This document shows positions 47,384 to 59,218 of a stretch of 64,000 bases of DNA, in pieces. The notes beneath the pieces were generated by a model. The model was not told where the DNA came from. It worked only from the letters and a program-made list of their open reading frames with translations, and did no database searches. The first letter of the stretch is position 1. Each line of letters opens with the position of its first letter. This DNA is from Lepidodermella squamata (Eukaryota > Animalia > Gastrotricha), in NCBI GenBank assembly GCA_047495785.1, contig JBLDXI010000017.1, forward strand, positions 2,294,001 through 2,358,000, read 5' to 3'. The position numbers and the translations under genes were made by a program.

Positions 47384-50272
47384 TCAAGCCTCACGCTTGG
47401 CATTTGGGTCTTGATAATAAACGAGACAGCGGCTCGTTGCATCGCCAGAGTGCATGGCGAACGACTTGCCAGCCTCGATCAACAAGCTATCATCGGTTTT
47501 CAACAAAAACTCGCCGCCGTCGTCGACTGTAATTTTTGTCTCGCCGGCCTAAAAAGTTATTACTGAGGAGAAATCGATCGATAACATGTAGCATTTTTTT
47601 ACCAGCTGGATGCAAAAAGTCTCTAGACCAGCATGGCATTCCGTGAAATTGCCCGGGCCATATACATAAACCTTCGACTGCCATTTCCGTTCATCAAAGA
47701 GAGCCTTTTTGCCAGCACTCTTGATTTCAGAATCATGCTCCCGCAGCCAATTTTTCAAATTAAATGGAGCATCCATAATTAATTCGGTGTCAACCGGGCA
47801 GGGGAGTGGTTTTGAGCCATCACTTACTGTTCCAGGAATTGGCTTACCAGTTTTATATTGCTCAGACGCGAAAAAACTTGTCGATGACACAGAAAGTCGT
47901 TGAATTTATTGTCAGTTGATACTAGGCTTACCCGTTTATAACGGGGACGAGCTGAGTGCCCAAATCTTCGCAATAAAACCAGGCTTCGTAAAGCGGATTC
48001 GCACTTGGCTGGTCGTTCGCTTCCACAAAATACCTGAAGAGCAGCAGACGGAAACATGAAACCAATAATTTCGATATCTCGCGCAATAAATGCTGTGATT
48101 CTTAGGTAAGTTTAGAGAAATACGGAAGAAGTATGATTCCCATTATGATTGCGGCTGCGCGTAAAAGTGGCGTACTATTTTATATGTAATAATAACGATC
48201 GATGGAACCAAGCTAAGACGAGCGTAAATTGCACGGTAGGGGAACGGCGTATTGCGCAGCTGAGCTTCTTGCATCAACGGGACCAAGTGAAGGGCGCGGG
48301 AGGAATGTAGCGCAAAAAACATAATAAAATAACACTCAAGAGTCACTAATGCCCGCTAGGCTACAACAACGCACACAGCCAACTTAATATCGCATGCATC
48401 ATCGATAAACACGGAGAATTATTATTTTTTATTGCTGGAACAATGAGGAAGATCCTATTGATTGTGAATTGTTAAGGTTGGAGCGGTCTATAACGAAGCT
48501 GGTGCGCCGCGATGAAACACGCCGGCGTCTGGTGGTTGGTAGTTGGCAGTTAGGGTTTTCGAGGCGAAAAACCAACAAAATAATAGAGGCGACGCATACA
48601 TAAGCATGCTGGGTAATATTTATGATTATTCCCATCTATTATTTTTTAGACGATTGTTCGAATAAGCGCGCGCACACACGCACAATATCGGCTGAAGAGG
48701 AAATCTGTGCATCACATGAATATTAGCACATATATAATCGGCAAAAAGCCGCCTGAGCTATCAAATAAGAACGCGCATCCTATCAATGATTGAAAACCGT
48801 AATATATTCTTTGTTTCCTCGCCTCCCGCGGCCATTTTCTCAGATTCAAGAGTGAAAGAACAATAAAACAACGACGTAGGAGAATTATCATTTCCCAATA
48901 GAGCAATAATAAAAATCACTGTGAGCTCAGAAAAAATCATCATCAAAAGTCTCGAGATTTTTATGGAAATATGTGATTACGAAAAAATCACTGGGAAATT
49001 AAATTTCCTGCCTGAAAATAACATGCTTAAAGCTGTGCAACCGATAGTAGTTCATAATAATAATAGCACTAGTATTGACAATAATAATAATAATAATGAT
49101 TAAACAATAGCTATGATCGCAAAATCTACGCAGATTATAGTGTAAAATGTTTGCACAGAGCTTCCGCAGTGATTCGCCTTCACGCATGGTGCATGGCGAC
49201 AAAAATCGACGCAATATCGACGACGACGATGCAGCGACGAGAGCAGCTCTGCGCCTGCCTGCCTGCAGCATGCGCATTAAAATCACGCCAGTAGGAATGC
49301 GCCATCGCGAAAGCAATACGATAGTGACACTGCGTTGGGTGGCTAATTTAAACGTATCGCGGCGCTCATGTACTTTTTCGGGAAGCGCGTTTGCAGCACG
49401 CGGATAAATAAATGCCAAGTACACTATATGTATATGCTTCGCGAAAATCATCGCAATATATGGATTTTCCGTCGCCGTGCGCCTGACAAGCGGAAGGAGC
49501 CAAGAAGACAAGTGGCGCTCGAGATGAAAAAACGAAGCAGCAGGAGGCGCATAACACGCGCCTAGCAAAGAAATGAGCTTTTACACTTCCGAAACAAGTA
49601 CTAAGAGCTAATAGCGGCGTTGCGACATCGATACAAATTACGCCGTAATGGATATCTGTTCCGGATAATGGGCGGCTGATTGCTTTAATTCAGAAGTCTG
49701 TGTCGTTTCAAAAAATAAGGCGGTCCGGAAATAGGAAAGGGAGATCAAGGCCACGAGGGAGGGAAATTTTGCATAACAAGCTCACCGGATTCCGTCAGTC
49801 TCCTTACCACGGATTCGCTCTCGTTCGATCACCAAGCCAATCGTGTTTTCATAGCGCTGTGGCGAGTGGTTGACGTTACCAGGCAACAAGAACACCTAAA
49901 CATCAACTATTTTGAGAACAACTTGGCGGTCTGTTACGTCGATATACCTCTCCTTCTCTAATGATAATATCTTTCGGCTGATTCCTCTCGAAAACCTTCA
50001 GGCACATATCGCCTTTTAGTTGGTAAAATAGCTCTTCACCGCCTTCTAGATGGTAGTCTTTGCGAATATTTGGACCTCCGACGCAGAAAACTTTCAGTTG
50101 TCCAGCACCATGCCTGGAAAAATGCACATGTTTTAGTACAAGGACTCGAATTCTAACGAAAGGCCTACATCATTTTGTTGCAGACCGGCGGCAAAAAGCT
50201 AGCCTTGTTCATTTCGATCCATTGGGGAAGATTCCAATGAAGTTGGCGGTCAATTTTAGCCTGATTCACCAT
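47384..50272 (-). CDS. HAAO: 3-hydroxyanthranilate 3,4-dioxygenase, multi-exon with a ~1.75 kb intron
   Basis: [79 protein letters not shown]. Confidence 0.93.
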
Positions 50273-50758
50273 GGTAGAAATAATCTAAAAACAGCGGGTT
50301 GATTGTAAAATCGGCAATTAAAACGTAAAGAACGTTTATTGTCATCATTTCCGAACAAAAATAGATCACACATATAAATTGATAACAATAATTTCCTATA
50401 CATACTTCGTCCAGACGTCACAATTGCATAAAGATAGAGTCCCGTCGTGATTTGATGCATGATATAAAGTATAAAAAGGCTTGAGTTGTCGATTGAAGAC
50501 AAAGAAACTAAGCGATGGCAGCCAATTTCTTGTTTTCGCCATCAACGAAAGAGCACAACACATGACTTAAGAACATGAGCCGGGCAGATTAAAGCAACCC
50601 GTTACACGAAGAAACTAATGCCGTAGTAAAGCAAACAGGTATATCAAAAATAAGGGGATTTCACTAAAAGAAGTGTATATTGGGGTATATATATAAGTTT
50701 CCGATACTCATAAATTGCAAGAAAATCTGAAACCTACAAGCGACAGATGGGGGAGCGA

Positions 50759-51427
50759 TTAATCGATACTGCGATAAAGGTCATTTTCAGGCTTTTTTAG
50801 GAACTCGCCATTATTATAAGCCCCAACTAGGAAGAAGTAAATGTAGCCTAAGAGAGCGATAACGGCAGGAAGAATAACGAACAGCGATCGGTGAGATACC
50901 GTAAAAGCTTCGGCAGGCATGTGTCGATGAGGATGGTGGTGACCGTCTTCAATTGGGGCCCAGCTGGCATTCAGAACGATTTTGACGATGACTGTTTCCG
51001 TCGCCAGGCCGACGACAAACCACATAGGAGCGTACTCAAGCGTGATAAAGCCGCCCAAATTCATCGCGAATAATTTGTAGTCCCACGGCTTCGCATCGAA
51101 AATTTCTAGTAGTACGCCACATGCCAGCTCGACAATATATATCCAAATCGTGTAGAGAAGACCGCGGAATAATACGTTGTATCGCCAGGCGAAGCGGATA
51201 AAAATCTGCTCGATGCCAAACAGACCAGCTGCGTACATGAAAACCGCCCAAATGCTGCTGAAGCCAATCGCTTTAAAGTTGAGCCGAGCGATTTCCCAGA
51301 TTGCTGTATACAGCACCTCCATCGTGACGCCGTGTAGGCCGTAGATGTAGAACCGCGCCCACCATGAAAAACGGGTGGTCGGGTCTTTCGCTGCTGCAGC
51401 AGTCCTGCTTCGCGTGCTAACAGGCAT
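50759..51427 (-). CDS. TMEM229B: TMEM229B-like membrane protein
   Basis: RFYIYGLHG..EVLYTAIWE...GFSSIWA...RGLLYTIWIY..E...PWDY...GFITLEYAPMWF. Confidence 0.85.
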   Translation of the reverse strand: MPVSTRSRTAAAAKDPTTRFSWWARFYIYGLHGVTMEVLYTAIWEIARLNFKAIGFSSIWAVFMYAAGLFGIEQIFIRFAWRYNVLFRGLLYTIWIYIVELACGVLLEIFDAKPWDYKLFAMNLGGFITLEYAPMWFVVGLATETVIVKIVLNASWAPIEDGHHHPHRHMPAEAFTVSHRSLFVILPAVIALLGYIYFFLVGAYNNGEFLKKPENDLYRSID

Positions 51428-51945
51428 CACTACTACCTAATTAACAACCTAGGCGGATAATTATAAATGTATAAAATCAATATTTTTACACTGAGGAAAT
51501 GAGAACAGACCGCTTGAGATCGGAACTTGATAAAATCGATCAACAGCCTAGTTTTAAGAAGAAAGACTTCACACTATAGACCTAGATCAGAAGCACACTC
51601 TAAAATGTCCCAAGTGCCCTCTGAAAGTAGCCGAACATGATGGTATTATGCAGATTATAAAAAACGCCAAGAAAACCCAAAGAGTAGCCATGAAACTGAG
51701 AAACGCTGTGGCCCCATAAAAAAAAACACAAATGTCGAATGAAATGATAAGGCTTACAACTTTCGAAGATCTTGACAGCAATTTTATTGAATTTTGCTGA
51801 TGTATTCCGTGAAAAGCTTAGCACCCTCATTACAGCACAATTCAATCATATCGGTAATATGACAGCCACCTTATATTTATTGTGACGCCGTCAGCAAGCG
51901 AGAGCCACAAAGTAATCGAAAAATAGCAAAATCCAGTAAATGGCA

Positions 51946-53460
51946 TTAAAACAAGTTATAAGGGAATTTGAATAAGAAGTTTTTGGATAGAGTGTTCAAT
52001 TTGACATTACTGATTTGGTTGGAGCGAGCTCTGCTCAAATCTGACGCGACCTCTCCAACAAACGAGTTAACTTCGACCACGACATCGTTAATTGTCATCA
52101 GATGTCCCCATTTTTGAACGACTTCAGTGAATCGATTTATAAACGGAGATCCAAAAGGCACTCCAGGTTTTATATGGGTCTGAGTATGATTTTTCGGCAA
52201 ATATCGAGCCGCATAGGACCCTACGCGATGCAGAGTAATGAAAAACAAACAACGGGCGTGAAAGAAAACAATACCCGGAGTTGTCGCACAAAACATGAAC
52301 ATATCGGCGAATGAATGCCCGGTGAAATCCGGTGACTGTGCAGGAGGTGGTAACTCAACGTCTACTCCTTGGCAGGCTTGAATAACAAAAAGTTTGGGAC
52401 AGTTTGAAAGAACCGGGCAATTTTGGGAGGAGAACTGGAGGCATACGTCGAAATCGAGGCGAATGAATTTCTCATCCCGCGTAACTATATGATCATTTAT
52501 CCCATGCGACATTATTACCACAACTAGACAGTCGTACAGATTATCCCCAATAATTTCGCGTATTGTTGTGAACGATTGCATGAATTCCTATAATGTGTTG
52601 GTAAAATATGACAACAAGAAAATTACGCACGATCGATTTTAGGATTAGATGCGCCCACTTGATAGGATAAATTTTCGTACAATTTCACATCGTAGCCCAA
52701 CTGTTCAAAACACTCGCGGCATTTTGCCACATCGAGTTCGCTGCCTCGCCTGGTCATATTAGGGCCGCTATCAAAGAAAGTGTTGTTTATGACCACGCAT
52801 AGTCCCTTGCGCCATTTGTAGAAATTCTTTTACGCGTAAATAACTGGGTGTGGCTTTTTGGCTCGCAAATAAATGCAGTTAGCAAACCTCAAGTGCTGCC
52901 GCGCCGAATTTTTCGGCGAAATAATATTTCAGAATCTCTTTGTCAAGTCCGGAGACGCTCCCATAGCGAAGGACTAGGTCTAGCAAAATGCCGCGATCAA
53001 TAACTGAATATCAAAGGAGTTCCAGTACCTTCTTCGATACGCTGAACAGCGTGAGGCTTTTCCTCAAGCGAAATCTCCGCTAGTTTTAGACTCTCCAGGA
53101 CAACTTTATCTCTCAATGACAGTTTGTCCAAAATATCGAACTGCTTTGACAGAAATAAAGCCTCGGCGAATAAGCGAGGCGCTGTTGAAGGGCTCCGTTT
53201 GCTCAAATATTTCAGAAACTTTTGATTCCGAGAAACCGTAGGAGTAGTGCTCTATAACAAAGCGAAATTGTCCGCTCAATCATTTAATGTCCGAAATGAG
53301 AGCATACGCAAATTTTAGCGATCATGTACCGTGTGAGCACATTAGAATCCGTTAAGTAAAGCATAAAATCCAGAGATAGCTTCAAGTTCCAAGATAAACT
53401 ATCCAATTGTGATAGAATCAGCTTGTTAAACCACCGAAAATCGTCCATTGGTAATATCAT
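51946..53460 (-). CDS. Caspase with N-terminal CARD-like prodomain, multi-exon
   Basis: KGLCVVINNTFF..RRGSELDV; VVIMSHG; PKLFVIQACQG; GSPFI. The N-terminus has FLKYLSKRSPSTAPRLFAEAL, resembling the last CARD helices. Confidence 0.85.
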
Positions 53461-53554
53461 TAAATAATACAACGTAACCAACCTATGAATTACATAAAAA
53501 TTTGATTATAAACTGATTTGTAGAGATTATTCAAACAACAACAACAAGGTCAAC

Positions 53555-55544
53555 TTAGGTAACTTTAACGCAACACAAACCAAACTTTGGCTTGTTGTCG
53601 ATTCGAGTTGATTGCGTTGTCTTTGGTCGAGCTTTACCCGTGGCCACCAAGATGAAAAGTGTATTTTTAGGGGTTGAAGCAATAACACGGGACAGCCTTT
53701 TGTCTAATCGAGAAAGTATTTTTTCGTCGTTCTCATCAAGCGAAGAATCAACGCCTTGATCAGCTTTGTTGGCTTGCGCAGCACCGTAGCCAAGAAATTG
53801 TATCAGCGAAAGAAACGGAGGCTTTTCACTATTCAAGACTCGTCTAGCAAACTTTGCCACATGCTTGTCGGACCAGCAGCGAACTAATCGAAGCGATTCG
53901 GGTGAAGCCTCAGGCGGAGGCCAATCGTAACTAAAATTACAAAAAGCTGGTGGGTAAGAAGTGCGGTTACCGGGGAAAAGATCCTTACCTAATCAGCGCA
54001 CTTTCACGGTCACATTGGTTAGCAATGGCAAATAAACTTTCGTACAGACGACCTGACGCGTGGCGGTAGAAAGTTTGCTTCTGACTCATCGACGGAATAT
54101 CAACAGGATACTTTGATAGCAATCCAATCGAAGCCACAGATTGGCTGAAAGAAGGAGATATTACCGTAGCTTCACTGATCGTTTGAACAGAGGTGCTTGC
54201 GTTTTGCGCAACAAAATCCCCAAAAGCCAAATCTCGAGATAGCTGAAATTGAAATAATAAATCAAGCAACTTCGCCATGAATTGTCTTTACTTTCAATTG
54301 CACAAGCCGCATTGTAGCCTCAGCATCTTCGGTGGAACAGTGCCCCAACCTAGATTCCGACTGAATTTCGCAATCCAGGAAATATTCTGCTAGCCTTTTC
54401 AACGAAGCTTTATTTGCATATGAACCAGATAAATTGAAGATAACACTAGTGTCGATAACAAAGGGATGCATCAGCTTCAACGCGTGGAGATCTGATGGCA
54501 AGGAATGTCCAACTAAAATTGCATTCGGGGGAAGAAGTTTCTCCATGGCGATTTGAGCATCTCGCAAAGTGGTAGTCACGTTGTTGAGCATCTCGCGAGT
54601 TATTCCGCTGTATGGAGTGAGGTAGTCCACTATTTGATTAGATGGCTTGACAAGTGTATCCAAAATACATTCTAGTTTCTCATTTACGACGGACAGCCGA
54701 GTCAATTCTAACATTCCAGTGGACGTTAAGCACATCTCGCAATCAATGGCGAAAATTGGACTCGACGCTGTCGTAGTTCTGACATGAAAACCTATATTCT
54801 TCATAAACAGCGCAATCCAAGCCATCGGGTGGCGGAAGGGGAAATCCCTCGGCCAGCATTTGCGAAGCCGACAACAATAAGGACGTTCGAGGAATTCCAA
54901 CGCTGCTGCTATTGCTACCATTTTCATCCTGAGCTTTCAGAGGCAAAGAAAGCTTAGCCAACCGACTATGAGTCATTGGAGTGTAAACCAGCTCGTCCAA
55001 AACCGAGCAGCCGTAAGTCAAAACTGGGTCGATTTTCACGCTCGTGTCAAAGAGAGCCAGCGTTTTGGGGATATGGGATTTCGCGGTTTCCTCGTCCAAT
55101 TCTTCTACAACAGCTACGACAACTCCACTGATAACAAATAAACTCAATACTCAATAACACAGTTAGTAGTCACAGTACTAACCTAAGTTTAGATGGTCGC
55201 AACAGCCGACACCACCTTGTCCGAGCATTATATTGCGTTGAAGTAGCCATCGATCGCAGAAGTAGATGTTGGATGTCCAAGAAATATATCCAGTCAGCAG
55301 GAGTTGTGTCGTCGTTCGATGGTAACAGAAAAATTTTCGGGCGCTCCTAGAACAACTACGTATTACGAAATAAAAATAAAAAAGTATGAAGTACCATTGC
55401 CTGCCGCTGCTTCTCTTTTGCAATCAGCTTGGCATTTGCTTGAGCATCGTCCAACTTAGGTTTTTTAACTGGTATCTCATCGCGCGTGCTCAGCAGAAAA
55501 TGTTTAACTTTATTTTGAATTAGATCCATTTCTAAACGTGACAT
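53555..55544 (-). CDS. REXO5: RNA exonuclease 5 / NEF-sp (DEDDh REX1-like), multi-exon
   Basis: IFAIDCEMC..LELTRLSVV..DTLVKP..IVDYLTPYSGIT..ILVGHSL..DLHALK..VIDTS..GHCSTEDA; N-terminal PRWC. Confidence 0.85.
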
Positions 55545-57305
55545 ATTGAAAAAGTCATTATTTTAACAGCAACCCTCAAAAGCTCTCAATCCAAGTTCCA
55601 AGAAGGGAGACAGGACTATGATAGGGAGCGGCGAAGTAGTTATCAAAGAGACAATCGGCACGTAAGTACACGAGACAATATGCTAACAGAGTAAATAGCG
55701 CAATAAGCGCACTTGATAGAACGCATATTTGGGTGGATGAGAGAAACCGATGCTCCTAAGTAATTTACTGCGAGTGACAAGAGAAGGTAGAGTTGGCTCT
55801 TTCCTGCTTCTACAGGTCGAAGACAACGCCGGTAATCCGCGACAAGGCGAAGGATCATTCTCGCCAATGTTGCGCGAGTGTTCAAGCGTTGTGCGTCTCA
55901 AATAACGTAGTAAAGCGTTTCTAAAACTCCCACGAAGCGTGATTCGGCTGACAGGATTTTTTGAACTCTCCGCAACAAATAGCCTGAACATGAACCCAGT
56001 TGGAAATAAAGATTCAATGATTTTCGTTAGGCATGAAACCAGAAGATTAGTTTTGAAGCCCCAGACCTCCACCTGACACCTGTCCCTATGATCTATTGGT
56101 TCATTCAGACACGTGCTCGACAAAGAAATCATACAGACAAGCGACTTTGCAATATGAACCGAGCTTGCTAGCTCAAAGTGCTAGCAAGCGCTAGCAAGCT
56201 TCACTGCCCGAAGTCACCACATTTTACGGTACTTGCTGCGAAATGCGCAGTATGTTACAAGCACAGTCTCCCATTTTGAGTGGTGCATGCGCACCAACTG
56301 CCATCATTCAGTCCATTTGACTAAAATATTATTTACGGAGTAATCGTGTTGGACCAAAATATAGGATTAGTTGGGGCCTGGGGTCTTCAGATAAGCTCAT
56401 AAGTCACGTTCCCCGGGTTCTCTTCACTATTAGCTTCTCCTAGACGGCTTCCCACTTCCCAACTGCAGAGTTGCGCAATATTTACCCGGGATAAACCTCT
56501 GGAAGCATTTTATGGCGCATGCAATCTGAAACGGCGGGCATATCCGTGTCGAAAGTTAGTAATGGACGTCCCACAATCGACGCCAAAAGCTTTTGCAACC
56601 TGGATCCACACACCCTCTTCAGAAAAAACCTGCGACTAACATCAAATTAACAATATAGTTCTGCGAGTAATAAATAAATATAATAAAGTACAACTAGCTT
56701 TTTAATATATGTGTGAATGTTTGCGCGCTATATTTGTTCAAAATATGACCCGCGTGCTGGGCGCGCTTTCTTCAAGCTGCGGAAGCTAGTAGTCACTGCT
56801 GTCTTTGACGCAACATGACGCAAGAAAGGTAGCAATACTGAGGAGGCGCATTGAGAAACTTTTCGCGATTGTGATCTTCGGGAAAACAACGCTGGTAGAG
56901 TCAAGTTTGAAGTTTGAAGTTTGAACGCTTTTCAGCCCCTAATGCTTGGCAGTCTATGGAGTCATGCTAGAATTCGACTGGAATTCTACAACCCTGTCAT
57001 TACAGTGTTCCTTGAATCCTAGTTTTCTATGTTTACTGACTTGAGCTATTTGACCCGTGTAAAACAGCGACAATTTGTTGTGTACTTGAGCCTGATTCCC
57101 AAGTATCTTGTCGATAGCTTGGCTGGACTCAGAAATCCACCCAACCTGCTTGTTTCTCAATACCACATTTCCTTTGTCTTTTCAGCTCGAAGTTTGAATG
57201 TTTTAGTCACCGATTGAATATTATATCCTCTGTCAGCATAAATAGAATTGTCCACCTTATTATTCCATTGATTTAAACTCTTTGTCTGTTCATTTCTAGG
57301 AACAA

Positions 57306-59063
57306 ATGGCCGCCCATAGAAAACGTCATAGCTATTTTGAGCTGCTTAAAAACAGTCTGTTATATCGAAAATTGCGGGATGCGATAAAGCAGAATGATGC
57401 AGAAGTCGTGTCTTCAGTGGACGAGTCTGGCGCAATATTCAACAAAGGGCTTACAGGAAACTGTTGCAGACATTGCAATATATCTTTCCCCAGTATTGTG
57501 CTCTTCCGAGAGCATTGCAAGACTGATGAACATGTTTCCAATCTGAAATCATCTATCAATCGGAATTCCTCCGCTGCTGACCCGATAGAATCCAGCGGCA
57601 ATATGGAATTGATTATACACAGCGCCGATGGCGACCCTGCTAGGATCTGGCTTCCCGTTGAAGATGAGACATCTCGTTTGTATTACGGCTTTTTGAAATC
57701 CCTGATTACCCGGCGAGATGCTGCTAGGAGTGATCCTGTAAATCGCCGAGCGTTTGCTGAAATGCTCTCGATTAATTCAAACATTTCGTATTGCGTTTTG
57801 TTGGTAACTGCAGGACATTTTGCTGGCGCAGTCTTTAAAGGCGAGCAAGTTGTTGCCCACAAGGCTTTTCATCGGTATGTGATAAGAGCTAAACAAGGCC
57901 ATGCTCAGTCTAAACGAGATGGTGCAGGTAATCGATGCAAATCTGGTGGTAGTAGTCTGAGGCGGCATAATGAGATCGCATTTCAGGAGGATATCCAAGA
58001 GCTGCTGGCGCAATGGTCATCAGATTATTTTTCAGCTACCAGCTGCATATTTATCCATTGTCCTCATCGCTTGGCTAGTTTATTTTTTGACAAAGAATCC
58101 GGTTCCTTGCGCAATTTTTCTGAGAAAGTTAGGTCAATACCTTTCAATCTGAGTAGGCCTACATTTGATCTGTGCCGCGAAGTCGCCTCTAAGCTATTTT
58201 GTGTGATCGAAGCTGATTCGTTAAACTTACAAGCAGAACCAAAGATATCGGAATCAGAAGAGCCTGAAGATGACGGAGAGCAGCTCGGGCTGGATTTGTT
58301 TGATTTTTGGACATGTGTTGATTTGGACGAAATTGGCGAAGAGAAGGATGCACCAACTATTTCCAAATCTTCCCGCAATGTTATTGAAAGCACACTGCCT
58401 GAACTGGCGGACCCCGCCATTATCTCAGTGCCTCTTATAAACCCTGAGCGAATATTCGATGAGATTTACACTGCCTGCCGGAAGCCGGATCGCGAAAAAT
58501 TGGTTACTGTGCTTTCTGGCGTAGATGCTGTGCACATTCAATCCGCTTTGACCCGAAAATTTGGCCCAAACAATGAGACTTTACTTCATCTTGCAGCGAA
58601 AACGAGCGGAGCTGATGAAATTATCGAATATCTCATCAATTTTGGCTGCGAAATATCATCTAAAAACAAACAAGGGCAGGTTCCATACGAATTGTCATGC
58701 GATGAAGCAAACCGTAATGCCTTCATACAATTCCGTCTCGATAGTTCAGATGAAAGTCGGAATTGGGAGAACTCGAAAATTCCCGCTCAATTTCCGCCAG
58801 AAAAATCGGCATCTCAGACTAAGAAGAGGAGGAGAGCACCGAAAACCAAGAAAAAGGAAGGCACGGCAAAGCCCGCTGAAAATTGCGAAGAAACAGAAAA
58901 ACAAAATTTTCTCAAGCTTTCCGATAATGACAAGAGAGGGAAAATGAGATGCTTCCTTTGTGGCAATAAGTACGCTCAAGGGTCTTCCTTCGATTACTTG
59001 AATTTCAAGTTCTGTTCTGTGCAATGTCTGAGAAACCACAGATATGATCGCAAAGAAATTTGA
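57306..59063 (+). CDS. ANKZF1: ANKZF1/Vms1 peptidyl-tRNA release factor (C2H2, VLRF1, ankyrin, C-terminal zinc finger)
   Basis: FREHCKTDEH..NLK; GHFAGAVF...HKAFHRYVIRAKQGHAQSKRD...SGGSSLRRHNE; TLLHLAA; CFLCG...FDYLNFKFCSVQCLRNH. Confidence 0.92.
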   Translation: MAAHRKRHSYFELLKNSLLYRKLRDAIKQNDAEVVSSVDESGAIFNKGLTGNCCRHCNISFPSIVLFREHCKTDEHVSNLKSSINRNSSAADPIESSGNMELIIHSADGDPARIWLPVEDETSRLYYGFLKSLITRRDAARSDPVNRRAFAEMLSINSNISYCVLLVTAGHFAGAVFKGEQVVAHKAFHRYVIRAKQGHAQSKRDGAGNRCKSGGSSLRRHNEIAFQEDIQELLAQWSSDYFSATSCIFIHCPHRLASLFFDKESGSLRNFSEKVRSIPFNLSRPTFDLCREVASKLFCVIEADSLNLQAEPKISESEEPEDDGEQLGLDLFDFWTCVDLDEIGEEKDAPTISKSSRNVIESTLPELADPAIISVPLINPERIFDEIYTACRKPDREKLVTVLSGVDAVHIQSALTRKFGPNNETLLHLAAKTSGADEIIEYLINFGCEISSKNKQGQVPYELSCDEANRNAFIQFRLDSSDESRNWENSKIPAQFPPEKSASQTKKRRRAPKTKKKEGTAKPAENCEETEKQNFLKLSDNDKRGKMRCFLCGNKYAQGSSFDYLNFKFCSVQCLRNHRYDRKEI

Positions 59064-59218
59064 TATGAATGCGTTTACATTCTCATCCTGCTGGTCTTGT
59101 TTATGCTAAATTATACGTCATATTTTTGTGAAGACTTGGAAGAACCTGAATAAATGCAGTTGTGGGATAAACTAATAGTTCTGTTTTACGCTTAGGTAGA
59201 ATCTTAAAAATCGTTAAC

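Noticed and set aside
48999-49568. 189-aa ORF nested in the HAAO intron
   Set aside because: No ATG at the start, no recognisable domain, and it runs through an (AAT)n microsatellite; likely spurious.
55683-56132. 149-aa ORF upstream of REXO5
   Set aside because: No recognisable motif; lies in the probable leader/promoter region between divergent gene clusters.
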